Origin: Clostridia bacterium
Lineage (GTDB): Bacteria > Bacillota > Clostridia > TANB77 > CAG-508
Direction of reading: 5' to 3'
Length of the DNA stretch: 64,000 nucleotides
NCBI GenBank assembly: GCA_900759015.1
Contig: CAAEUE010000002.1
Location: forward strand, 47,332 to 111,331
Shown here in pieces: positions 28,021 to 39,353 of the stretch. Made by a program: the position numbers and the translations under genes. Position 1 is the stretch's first letter; the number at the start of each line of letters is the position of its first letter. The notes below the pieces were generated by a model. The model did no database searches. It saw only the letters and a program-made list of their open reading frames with translations, and was not told the DNA's origin.

Positions 28021-30053
28021 TTTACTTCCTCTTCTTCTGTTTTTGAATCTAATAGTATTCTAAATATTTCTGCAACACTCCAAGCTTGTGAAAAAGCACC
28101 TTTAGGTAAATATGGAGGTTTAGAATCATATAATTCTGAAATACTTAATACGCAACCTTCTTTATACATCATTGTTTTTGCAGTTGCCTTTAGATTTTTA
28201 ATAAATTGATCATATTGTTTCTGTAATTCTGTTTTTACTTTACCTTCTTTTGTATTATTTATTACATTTTTGTATGCATCATTATATAGTCCAAATAACC
28301 ATGGCCAAGTTATTCCTTGGTGGTAACTTATATCTCTCCTGTATGAATCTCCTTCATATGTAGCAATATATTGCTTGTCTTTTCTATTTAAAGTACGTAA
28401 TCCATGTCTTGTATATAATTCATTAGTTACAGTTTTTAAAATTTCTCTAGCATTTTTTCCTGCTGGATTTAAAACTTGGTAACTAAGTGATAAACTAAAT
28501 AACTGATTTGGTCTTATTCTGTCATCACCTAATACATCATATAATGATTTCTTATCTGAATTATAAAATTTTCTATTAAATGATTTTTGTGTTTTATCTG
28601 CTAATTCTGCATACATTTCTGCAACTTTTTTAGTTTCGAATTTTTTGGCTAGTTCTTCCATTATTTTTAAAGCATTATACCATAAACTATTTATTTCTAC
28701 TGCTTTTCCATTTCTAGGAGTCACTGCAAAATCTCCAATCTTTACATCCATCCATGTATTTTGAGTATTTATTGTTCCAGAATGAATTAGCCCATCTCTT
28801 TCCATATAAATATTATTATCATCAACATCTATTCCTGTAATATATGCCTCTATTATCTTCTTTAGACAAATATAAAAATTATTTTTTATAAATTTATAAT
28901 CATTTGTATAATTAATATATTTCTTTATATCTTCAAAAAGCAATAATGAAGCATCTGCACTATTATATAAAGGTCTATTATCATATCCAGAATATCCATT
29001 TGGTACAAGACCATATTTTATATCTCTAATAAATGTTAATAAAACTTCTTTTGCTATATCAAATCTTTTTGTTTTAAGTAATAATCCTTCAAATGCTATT
29101 AAGCTATCTCTTCCCCAGTCTAAAAACCATGGGTAGCCTGCAATTATAGTATGAAGACCAAATGATGGCCTATAGGCAATAAAGCTATCAGCAGTAATTA
29201 TAAAATCTTCTATTAATTCTTTATCCTCTGTATTTTCATTTATTAAGCCTGTATCTGTTACTATCTTCTTTAATCTATCCTCTTCTTGCTTAATAATATC
29301 TTCTGCTTTAATTTCATCTATGTTTTCTTCTAATGAAAATACAAATGATATATTTTTCTCTTCATTTGGTTTTAATTCTATTTCATATCTTCCTGGAATT
29401 GCATGGTTTTCTATTGGGTCAAAACCTCTTTTTTCTTCTTCCATATAAAACATTCTATAAAATATATCATTATGATGTTCTATATATGTTCCCTCTGAAC
29501 ATTTCATGTAAAATGGTGTTTGACTTTCATTTTTTACAACCATTCTTACCTTTGTACCAGTTATATTTTCTTTTAAATTAAATTCTGTATCTTTATTAAC
29601 CTGATGAAAATCTCTAAAATTTATTATTGGAGCTAATGTTAATTTTGAATCATAATTTCCATTCTTAATATTATATAATACAACAACAGTATTCCTACCA
29701 TATTGCATACTTATAGTCTTTTGAATAGAAATATCGTCTATTTTATATGTATATGTTGGTACATATTTTTTCTCGAATGATTCTATTCTTTTATACCCAT
29801 CAGAAATATAATTATCGCAAATATTAGTATATAAAGGATATTTGCATCCATTAAATTCTATTGATTCATCTACCTTAGATAATACCAAAAATCTTCTTGC
29901 TGGAGGTGTTAGTGCTGCAACTAGCAATCCATGATACTTTCTTGTATTAGCACCTGTAACTGTAGATGCTGCAAAACCTCCTATTCCATTAGATATTATC
30001 CATTCTCTTTGAATTAAATCTTTAAAATCTCCTTTATTTACCATTATTTTCAT
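28017..30053 (-). CDS. Glycogen debranching enzyme (amylo-alpha-1,6-glucosidase, archaeal/bacterial GDE type)
   Basis: 678 aa. REWIISNGIGGFAAST N-terminal GDE domain and a C-terminal (alpha/alpha)6 amylo-1,6-glucosidase region (GYPWFLDWGRDS). Confidence 0.85.
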   Translation of the reverse strand: MKIMVNKGDFKDLIQREWIISNGIGGFAASTVTGANTRKYHGLLVAALTPPARRFLVLSKVDESIEFNGCKYPLYTNICDNYISDGYKRIESFEKKYVPTYTYKIDDISIQKTISMQYGRNTVVVLYNIKNGNYDSKLTLAPIINFRDFHQVNKDTEFNLKENITGTKVRMVVKNESQTPFYMKCSEGTYIEHHNDIFYRMFYMEEEKRGFDPIENHAIPGRYEIELKPNEEKNISFVFSLEENIDEIKAEDIIKQEEDRLKKIVTDTGLINENTEDKELIEDFIITADSFIAYRPSFGLHTIIAGYPWFLDWGRDSLIAFEGLLLKTKRFDIAKEVLLTFIRDIKYGLVPNGYSGYDNRPLYNSADASLLLFEDIKKYINYTNDYKFIKNNFYICLKKIIEAYITGIDVDDNNIYMERDGLIHSGTINTQNTWMDVKIGDFAVTPRNGKAVEINSLWYNALKIMEELAKKFETKKVAEMYAELADKTQKSFNRKFYNSDKKSLYDVLGDDRIRPNQLFSLSLSYQVLNPAGKNAREILKTVTNELYTRHGLRTLNRKDKQYIATYEGDSYRRDISYHQGITWPWLFGLYNDAYKNVINNTKEGKVKTELQKQYDQFIKNLKATAKTMMYKEGCVLSISELYDSKPPYLPKGAFSQAWSVAEIFRILLDSKTEEEEVK

Positions 30054-30070
30054 TTGTAAGCCTCCAATTA

Positions 30071-31627
30071 TTATTTTTTCTTATTTTGTTCAACTTTTTC
30101 TATAAATTTCTCTATAAATTCTTCTTCCTTATCTTTATTTTCATTTTGCAAAATTTCTCTATTTTTTAGTTTAACTTCTTCTGTATTGCGCATAGCTTCT
30201 ATACGTTTACCATATTTAGATAAGAATTTACTTTTTCTTTCTTTTTTATTTTCATTTGTCTTTCTTTTTCTTTTAGGTTTATTTTTAATTTTATTAAATT
30301 GTTTTTCATATTCTAATTTAGATTTTAATAACATATATTGTGGATCTGATTGTTTATCTCTAAATTTTAAATCATCACATATTAATTCTGAAATTGCTCT
30401 AGCAACCAATTCTGGATTATGTCTTATATATCCATTTTCTATGCAAGCTAAATCTCTTTGTAATAAGCGTACACCTAAACTTCTTGCTTTTGCAATATCC
30501 TGTACCACCAATTCTGAACCTTTTAAATTATATCTTTTAATATATTCTGGAATTATTTCACCAGTATCATAGATACAATAATCTATTACATTTTTACCTG
30601 TATGTTCTATTATCGCTTTTATATGATCAGACAATGTGTAATTATCTGTTTGACCTGGCTCTGTCATAATATTGCTTATATATATTTTTATTGCTTTACT
30701 ATCTTTCATAGCTTTATATACACCATTTACTAGTAAATTTGGAATTACATTTGTATATAAACTACCTGGACCTATAACTATACAATCTGCTTCTTTAATT
30801 GCTTGTATGACTTCTGGAGTTGCCCTACAATTTGGTGGTGATATAAACACTCTATTAATTTTTGTAATTTTATCGTATGTTATTTTTTTTATTTTATCTT
30901 TTTCTTCCACTAGCATTCCATTTTCTAACTCTGCACATATTCTCATTTCATCATTTGTTATTGGTAAAACTTTTCCTATTATATTAAAAATTTCATTTGA
31001 ATTTGCTATCGCTTCTGTAAAATCTTTAGATAAATCTTCTATTACTGCAAAATATAAATCATTAAAAGTTATATCTTTTAACTCTCCATTTTTAAATTTA
31101 TAATTCATTAATTTATTGGCAAGCTCTTCATCTCTAGCCAATGAAATTACTGCATTTTTTATATCATCTGTTGGCATTGAATTTATATTTTTATTTTCTA
31201 TTTTTCCATATGATGATACTGTAACAACCGCTGTTATATTATCTGTATATTGTTTTAATCCTCTTAATACAGTTTCTAGACCATTTCCAGATCCAATTAC
31301 TACAATTTTTGGTCCCTCTGAATAAACTTTTTTATTAAAAATTAAAGAATTTATATTTATATGTTTTCTATTATTTTTTACTCTAGAATCTGTAGATTCA
31401 ATTATCATTTCCATGGTTCTTTTTTGCATAAATATAATTCCTAATACTATACAAGTAAAACCTATAATAAATGATAAGATTATTAATAACAATTGACCTA
31501 TTTCTAATTCTTCATTCACTATAATAGTTGATATTCCATAACATGCAAATATTATTCCTACAAGAATAAGAAATATCCATCTTTTTATTCTTGCATTTGG
31601 TCTAAACCATTCTATAAAACCTTTCAT
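30071..31627 (-). CDS. YvcK/CofD-family (UPF0052) protein with N-terminal TM helices and a Lys-rich C-terminal tail
   Basis: IVVIGSGNGLETVLRGLK and the downstream family layout. At 518 aa it is about 200 aa longer than typical YvcK. Confidence 0.65.
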   Translation of the reverse strand: MKGFIEWFRPNARIKRWIFLILVGIIFACYGISTIIVNEELEIGQLLLIILSFIIGFTCIVLGIIFMQKRTMEMIIESTDSRVKNNRKHININSLIFNKKVYSEGPKIVVIGSGNGLETVLRGLKQYTDNITAVVTVSSYGKIENKNINSMPTDDIKNAVISLARDEELANKLMNYKFKNGELKDITFNDLYFAVIEDLSKDFTEAIANSNEIFNIIGKVLPITNDEMRICAELENGMLVEEKDKIKKITYDKITKINRVFISPPNCRATPEVIQAIKEADCIVIGPGSLYTNVIPNLLVNGVYKAMKDSKAIKIYISNIMTEPGQTDNYTLSDHIKAIIEHTGKNVIDYCIYDTGEIIPEYIKRYNLKGSELVVQDIAKARSLGVRLLQRDLACIENGYIRHNPELVARAISELICDDLKFRDKQSDPQYMLLKSKLEYEKQFNKIKNKPKRKRKTNENKKERKSKFLSKYGKRIEAMRNTEEVKLKNREILQNENKDKEEEFIEKFIEKVEQNKKK

Positions 31628-31661
31628 TTTTTATTAATACATCCTTTCAAGTTCAGTTTTC

Positions 31662-32585
31662 TTAATCTTCTCCTATTACTTGTACTTCCAGCTCAATTTT
31701 TTTGCCAGATTTTTCATAGACTTTTTCACTAATGTATTTTACTAAATTTAATATATCTTTTGCTTTTGCATTTCCTTTATTAACAACAAAACCAGCATGT
31801 TTTGTTGATACTTCTGCATCACCTATATTATATCCTTTTAAACCACATTCATCTATTAATTTTGCAGTAATAAAATCTGTTCCTCTTTTGAATGTACTTC
31901 CTGCTGATGGATATTCTAGTGGTTGGTGTTCTTTACGCCACTCTCCATATTCATCCATTTTCGCTTTTATTTCTTTATATATTCCTTTTTTTAGTTTTAA
32001 TTTTGTACTTAAAACTATATATTGATTACTACTAAAAATACTATTTCGGTATTCGAATTTTTGCTCCTCATTAGATAAGATTTTTATATTACCATTCATA
32101 TCCATACATCTCGTTTCTAAAACGATATCTTTCATTTCTCCACCATGTGCACCTGCATTCATTCTTATTGCTCCACCTATAGATCCTGGGATTCCAGCTG
32201 CAAATTCGAACCCTTCTATTTCCTCTATTAATAATTTTTGTGCTACAAATCCATTTTTTACGCCTGCACCTACTGTTATTATATATTCATCACCAATTTG
32301 ATCTATAGTAAAATCTTGTATATCTATTCTTAAAACAATTCCTCTTATACCACCATCTTTTACTAGTAGATTGCTACCATTTCCAATGACGGTTATAGGA
32401 ATTTCATTTTTATTTGCATATTCTAAGATGCTTTTTATATCTTGCTCATTTTTAGCATTTACAAATATATCAGCCTTTCCACCAACTTTAAATGAAGTAT
32501 GTTTTGACATTAATTCATTTTTATATATTTTTGATTCTTCTGATATACATTTTTTTAATTCTATTGAAGTTTTTTCTATATTCAA
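31662..32585 (-). CDS. murB: UDP-N-acetylenolpyruvoylglucosamine reductase
   Basis: FAD-binding FKVGG...GNGSNLL, and AGSTFKR in the C-terminal domain. Confidence 0.95.
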   Translation of the reverse strand: MNIEKTSIELKKCISEESKIYKNELMSKHTSFKVGGKADIFVNAKNEQDIKSILEYANKNEIPITVIGNGSNLLVKDGGIRGIVLRIDIQDFTIDQIGDEYIITVGAGVKNGFVAQKLLIEEIEGFEFAAGIPGSIGGAIRMNAGAHGGEMKDIVLETRCMDMNGNIKILSNEEQKFEYRNSIFSSNQYIVLSTKLKLKKGIYKEIKAKMDEYGEWRKEHQPLEYPSAGSTFKRGTDFITAKLIDECGLKGYNIGDAEVSTKHAGFVVNKGNAKAKDILNLVKYISEKVYEKSGKKIELEVQVIGED

Positions 32586-32586
32586 G

Positions 32587-33429
32587 TTAATTCCTCTCCT
32601 TTAAATAGTTTATAACTTCTTCTATACTTTCCTGTGGTGTTGAAGCACCTGCCATCACACCTATTTTATTTATATTTGCAAAATTCTCATTATATAACTC
32701 TGATACTTCTTCTATCTTAATGGCATTTTTACAATTCTTTTGTGCAATTTCATATAATTTGTTTGTATTAGAACTTTTTTTGCCTCCAATTATGACCATA
32801 TATTCTACATCTTTAGATATTTTCTCTGTCTCTTTTTGTCTACTTTCTGTAGCATTACAAATGCCATTATATATTTCTAGTTGTGTCTTTATATTTTCTT
32901 TTAAATATTGTTCTATTTCTAAAAATTTTTGTAAATTATATGTTGTTTGTGTTACTACTGCCAATTTTTCTTTTTTATTTAATTCAGGAAGTCTTTGTTT
33001 TAACTGTTCTAAATTTTCTATAACTTCACCATTAGTGCAAAAACTAAAAGTTCCCATAACTTCTGCATGAGATTTTTCTCCAATTACTAAAATATAATAA
33101 TCTTTATTTGACAATTCTTTTGCCAAATCATGAATTTTTAGTACTTTTGGACATGTACAATCTATTAATTCTATATTATTTTTCTTTGCATATTCATAAA
33201 CTTCTTTTTTTACACCATGAGCTCTTATTAGTACTCTTTCTTTGGCTTCTTTTATATCAGTTATTATTCTAAGTCCATTTGCTTTTAATTTATTTAGTAC
33301 TTGATTATTATGTAATAAATCTCCTAAACATTCTATATTCTCTGTATTTTTTAATTCCTCTTTAGCAGTCTCTACTGCTCGTGTAATTCCGTTGCAAAAG
33401 CCTGCTGTTTTTCCTAATATTATTTCCAT
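32587..33429 (-). CDS. ispH: 4-hydroxy-3-methylbut-2-enyl diphosphate reductase
   Basis: GFCNGITRAV, CPKV and NGICNAT cluster-cysteine motifs, and SSNTNKL. Confidence 0.95.
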   Translation of the reverse strand: MEIILGKTAGFCNGITRAVETAKEELKNTENIECLGDLLHNNQVLNKLKANGLRIITDIKEAKERVLIRAHGVKKEVYEYAKKNNIELIDCTCPKVLKIHDLAKELSNKDYYILVIGEKSHAEVMGTFSFCTNGEVIENLEQLKQRLPELNKKEKLAVVTQTTYNLQKFLEIEQYLKENIKTQLEIYNGICNATESRQKETEKISKDVEYMVIIGGKKSSNTNKLYEIAQKNCKNAIKIEEVSELYNENFANINKIGVMAGASTPQESIEEVINYLKERN

Positions 33430-33468
33430 ATAATATCTCCTATTTTATTTTATGCTTTCATAGTTTGC

Positions 33469-33497
33469 ATTATATCATATAAACTCTAATTCTGTAA
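33469..33497 (-). promoter_or_regulatory. Putative extended -10 promoter of ispH
   Basis: Minus strand TTACAG, 17-nt spacer, TGaTATAAT. Confidence 0.5.
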
Positions 33498-33577
33498 AAT
33501 AATTTGACATAACTTTGTAATATTTTTTAGTAGAAAATTACGCTTTTGCTAATTACAACAATTTCATTTGACATAAT

Positions 33578-33654
33578 GAAAAAAGTGGCTTCGTCACATG
33601 TACAGATTGCTTCGCAATCGCACGGTCATAAGTAACTTAACCTTGTTGCTTCAG
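33578..33654. repeat. Duplicated noncoding element, copy B
   Basis: Homolog of 14576..14652. Hairpin 33600..33623 carries one compensatory pair change. Confidence 0.6.
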
Positions 33655-33719
33655 AAAAATCTAGCGCTTTTTCCTATGCAATAAAAAAAGACGCAAAAAT
33701 AATTACGCCTTTTTAAATT

Positions 33720-34009
33720 TTAATTCTTACAAAAAAATCTTTTTATAAAGCTTTCATGTTCTATTTTAATAAGTTGATTATTCTTTTCTTCTTCTATTTG
33801 CTCGTTATCCTTTCTGTCAAATATATGCTCCAATTTTTCTTCATTTAATTTTCTTTCTTCTTCATCTTTTTTCTAAATTCTTCTTTTTCTTCTTCAGTTG
33901 CCCAATAATCTCTATATATTAAAGCCAAGATATTATTAGCTTCTATTTCTATTCCAAATTTCATATAAGCTGGCAAATTTAGCCTTTCATATTGTCCTTT
34001 GTATTTCAT
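33720..34009 (-). pseudogene. Frameshifted short paralog of the 24330..24740 gene
   Basis: AAGAGG RBS and ATG 34009. The first frame stops at 33836. The frame reopens at an A6 run (plus-strand T6, 33867..33872), and one extra A would restore a roughly 96-aa ORF ending ...ESFIKRFFCKN. Confidence 0.6.
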
Positions 34010-34086
34010 TTTTACCTCTTCGTATATTTTTTCTAAATTATAGCACTACATTTTCTTGTTGCCAATATGTACTTTATAATACTTTA

Positions 34087-34133
34087 GGGATTTGAGGACA
34101 TTTTTCGGGATTTTGGGACGTTCTTAAAATCCC
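34087..34133 (+). repeat. GGGATTT/GGACGTTCC dispersed repeat, locus 5 (two units; left inverted repeat of the cassette)
   Basis: gggatttgaggacatttttcgggattttgggacgttcttaaaatccc. Confidence 0.9.
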
Positions 34134-34223
34134 TCTTTCAATTGAAATCATAACTACGTGTAAGATTGATTGAATAATTTTTTTACTTTGCTCCTCTACA
34201 CTAGAGTATAAAAAAGGCGCGGA

Positions 34224-34529
34224 TTACTCCGCGTCTAACTTCATTGTTAACAATATTGCTTCGGTAACTCCCGAATTATGGCAATTGTGTGATTCGCCAC
34301 AATTGCAGACATGAAACTCTCCTTTCCGGTAGACATCGCCCAAGATTATGACTTCTCCTTTTAAAACAGCATACATTTCATGATCGTTTTCATGATGATG
34401 TAATTCTATTGTCTTTCCCGGCTCTAGCCGGATACAACTGGCTTCCTTCGGAAACAGAATTGCTTTTCCTATTCCTTCAGAAATCTTCTCAGTATAATCT
34501 TTTTTCATCAGTTCCGCTATAAGTTTCAT
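34224..34529 (-). CDS. Cupin-domain protein
   Basis: 101 aa with HHHENDHEMYAVLKGE, a cupin metal-binding motif. Noticeably more G+C than the surroundings. GC-rich terminator at the 3' end. Confidence 0.7.
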   Translation of the reverse strand: MKLIAELMKKDYTEKISEGIGKAILFPKEASCIRLEPGKTIELHHHENDHEMYAVLKGEVIILGDVYRKGEFHVCNCGESHNCHNSGVTEAILLTMKLDAE

Positions 34530-34696
34530 AAGTTTTCCTCCTTGATTGATTAGGAAATTTTTATATTGTTATCTTTATTAGCTTAACATAATTTTTGTAC
34601 TTTTGCAAGATGTTGCTTTTTTATGTAAATTATGATATAATTCTTTGCGATAACAAACTGTTTAGATTCCAATTAACAACAATGGAGGATGGAAAA

Positions 34697-35383
34697 ATGA
34701 TTACACAACTGGATGGTATGGAACTTGTTGGTCGGGCTTTCAGAGTACCCAAAGAAGGCATAACCTTCAAAACTCTGAATTTAGAACGCATCAACATTTT
34801 TCCAGTAGAAACTAATAAAGAACGAGTCTTTAATTATTCAGCAAATAAAGATTTTTATATTTTTGCTGCTGGATTCGGGACATTTATTATTCCGGCACTC
34901 TTTGGGCTTGATGAGCTCTTAAAAGGTTCTAATTTTAAAAAGGTATCTGACGATATCTTGCCGGTAAAACTTTCTTCAAATCATATGCCACTATATACAA
35001 AGGATCAAGCCGAGTGGTATCATATGATAAATGCGATTGGGCAATTAAATGCCTCTACTGCTCATACTCTCCTTAGACTAGAGGGATGGGACCTTGGAAT
35101 TTTTGACTTTTTAACACCTTCATCAAAAATCCCATTTACTGGCATTTATGACCAGAAAGCTCACCGGATGTTCTATCCGATGGCAAGTATTAAGTTTCCG
35201 CATATTGATAAAAGTAAAGTGGGAAAATTTAATACAGACAATGAGAACCACCTGTTGTTAGTTTATGCAGGTGACGGTGACACTTATCTGATAAAGGATG
35301 ATACCAACATTAATCCAATGGTAGCAGCTTTAAAAGATAGTGGTTACAAACATGATAAAAGTTTATATGTTCCGTTAAGATGA
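34697..35383 (+). CDS. Hypothetical protein (229 aa from the ATG after GGAGGA)
   Basis: Long ORF with a strong RBS. G+C-richer composition. No recognisable motif. Confidence 0.65.
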   Translation: MITQLDGMELVGRAFRVPKEGITFKTLNLERINIFPVETNKERVFNYSANKDFYIFAAGFGTFIIPALFGLDELLKGSNFKKVSDDILPVKLSSNHMPLYTKDQAEWYHMINAIGQLNASTAHTLLRLEGWDLGIFDFLTPSSKIPFTGIYDQKAHRMFYPMASIKFPHIDKSKVGKFNTDNENHLLLVYAGDGDTYLIKDDTNINPMVAALKDSGYKHDKSLYVPLR

Positions 35384-35447
35384 CCATCTCTTAGCTAGGC
35401 GAATATCTTATATTCGTCTGGCTAAAATTCTTTATTAACCTCAAAAA

Positions 35448-35487
35448 AGGTCAGGATAGAATGTCTAAATTCTCTCCTGACCTTTTT
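35448..35487. terminator. Bidirectional terminator
   Basis: Stem aggtcagga.../...tcctgacct flanked by an A-run and a T-run. Confidence 0.7.
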
Positions 35488-35502
35488 ATACATATATTAA
35501 TC

Positions 35503-35570
35503 GGGATTTAAGGAACGTCCCTAGATCCCGAAGAATGTCCTCAAATCCCGAGGGAACGTCTCCAAATCCC
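35503..35570 (-). repeat. GGGATTT/GGACGTTCC dispersed repeat, locus 6 (three units; right inverted repeat of the cassette)
   Basis: gggatttaaggaacgtccctagatcccgaagaatgtcctcaaatcccgagggaacgtctccaaatccc, 8 nt after the dnaJ stop. Confidence 0.9.
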
Positions 35571-35577
35571 GAAATTT

Positions 35578-36732
35578 CTATCCAAATAATCCTCTTTTCT
35601 TTACTGGAGGTTGTTCATTCATAGTTTTAGCAAGTTGTGTTAATAAATCTCTTTGCTCTTTTGTTAGTTTTTTTGGAGTTTGTACATTAACAGTAAATAT
35701 AAAATCACCTTGCCAATTTCCATTAATAGCTTTAAATCCTTTATTTCGTATAGTGAATTTTGTTCCTGTCTGTGTTCCTTCTGGTATTTTATATTTTACT
35801 TTTTCGCCACTTACCATTGGTATTTCTAATTCAGCTCCAAGCGTAGCTTGAGTTATGGTAATTGGAATGTCACATAATACATTATTATCTTTTCTAGTAA
35901 AAATACTATGTCTCTTCAAATGTATTGTTACATAAATATCTCCATTTTCTCCGCCTCTTTCACCTGGCTCTCCTTCTTTTTTCAAGATTAATGTTTGATT
36001 GTCATCAATTCCTGCTGGAATATTTATAGTAACTTTTGCTTGTTTTCTTACTGTTCCTTTTCCTCTACAAGTTGTACATGGCTCTTTTATAATTTTACCA
36101 GTTCCATGGCATTCAGAACAAGTTCTAGTTGTTTGCATTTGTCCTAATATTGTGTTTTGAACTTGTGTTACTTGACCAGTTCCATGACAATTTGGACATG
36201 TTACAGGATTTGTTCCAGGTTTTGCACCACTTCCGTTACAAGTTGTACATTTTTCATTTCTATTTATAACAAATTCCTTTTTTATTCCTGAATATGCTTC
36301 TTCAAAAGTAATTTCTAGATCATGTCTTAAATCTCTACCTCTTTTTGGGCCATTTCTATTACTTCTTCCAGAAGAACCACCAAATCCAGAAAAGAATGAA
36401 CTAAATATATCGCCAAAATCTCCAAAACCACTAAATCCATCAAAGCCATTAGAAGTATATGAATAATATCCACCTTGGCCTGCTCCTTGACCACCAAAAC
36501 CTTGTGGTCCATTAAAGCCAAATTGATCATACATCTTTCTTTTTTGAGGATCAGAAAGTGTTTCGTAAGCTTCATTTACTTCTTTAAACTTTTCCTCTGC
36601 TTCTTTTCTATTATTTGGATTTGCATCTGGATGATATTTTTTAGCCATTTTTCTAAAAGCCTTTTTTAGTTCATCATCTGTTGCATTTTTATTAACTCCT
36701 AAAACTTCATAATAATCTCTTTTTTCTGCCAT
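35578..36732 (-). CDS. dnaJ: Molecular chaperone DnaJ
   Basis: J-domain with HPD (KKYHPDANP), G/F-rich linker, four CxxCxGxG zinc-finger repeats. Start at the ATG after GGAGGA. Confidence 0.97.
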   Translation of the reverse strand: MAEKRDYYEVLGVNKNATDDELKKAFRKMAKKYHPDANPNNRKEAEEKFKEVNEAYETLSDPQKRKMYDQFGFNGPQGFGGQGAGQGGYYSYTSNGFDGFSGFGDFGDIFSSFFSGFGGSSGRSNRNGPKRGRDLRHDLEITFEEAYSGIKKEFVINRNEKCTTCNGSGAKPGTNPVTCPNCHGTGQVTQVQNTILGQMQTTRTCSECHGTGKIIKEPCTTCRGKGTVRKQAKVTINIPAGIDDNQTLILKKEGEPGERGGENGDIYVTIHLKRHSIFTRKDNNVLCDIPITITQATLGAELEIPMVSGEKVKYKIPEGTQTGTKFTIRNKGFKAINGNWQGDFIFTVNVQTPKKLTKEQRDLLTQLAKTMNEQPPVKKRGLFG

Positions 36733-36794
36733 TATATCCTCCAATTTATAACAAGCTTAATTATTGGAGGCTTTTAAACCTCCAATATTAAACA

Positions 36795-38675
<1,881 letters not shown>

Positions 38676-38708
38676 CTAAAAAATATATAAATTTTAAAAC
38701 TTAATAAC

Positions 38709-39302
38709 TTACTTTATATTATAATTATCTTTTAATTGTTTAATTATAATATTATTGTTCTCTATCATTTCTTTTGTAACTTCTTTTTGCCATTCATCTT
38801 TTGTCATTTCTGCTAATTTTCTATTTGATAATTTTTTATATCCTAATTCCTCACCTAGCCAAGCTGTTTTTTTGAATTTATTGGCTAATTCTTCGTTTGG
38901 AAATTCTACTTCTGCTGTAAGCAAGCCTTCTAAATAATCATAATATATATCTATTTCAACTTTTAGGTTGTTTTCTATTGGTATTTTAATTCTTGTTTTT
39001 TCTATTATGTTACTAATTTTATTTTTAATTAACTTATCAAATAATTCTTTATCAATTTCATTTTCTATTTCATATTTTTTACCAATATCATAATTATTAT
39101 TATATTCAATATCACCTTTTGTTTTTAGTGTATAAATATATATTTGCTTATCTTCAGGATAGCTTTCCTTTATGTCTCTTATTCTTATAAGTGTTAACTT
39201 ATCCCTATATATAAAAGCTTGTTTTATATGCACTATGCTTTCTATATTTAAATTTTCTGGTAAATACTTTACAGCAAATTTTCTTTCTATTTCTTTATTC
39301 AT
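38709..39302 (-). CDS. CYTH-domain protein (triphosphate tunnel metalloenzyme)
   Basis: N-terminal EIERKF signature; about 197 aa. Confidence 0.75.
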   Translation of the reverse strand: MNKEIERKFAVKYLPENLNIESIVHIKQAFIYRDKLTLIRIRDIKESYPEDKQIYIYTLKTKGDIEYNNNYDIGKKYEIENEIDKELFDKLIKNKISNIIEKTRIKIPIENNLKVEIDIYYDYLEGLLTAEVEFPNEELANKFKKTAWLGEELGYKKLSNRKLAEMTKDEWQKEVTKEMIENNNIIIKQLKDNYNIK

Positions 39303-39353
39303 ATTTATTTTCCTTTTTTAGTTTACAAACTTCGCTTTACTCACACAGCTAAC

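Noticed and set aside
36327-36575. Track ORF 36327..36575 on the same strand as dnaJ.
   Set aside because: It is an alternate frame through the Gly/Phe-rich linker region of dnaJ, a repetitive-codon artefact with no RBS.
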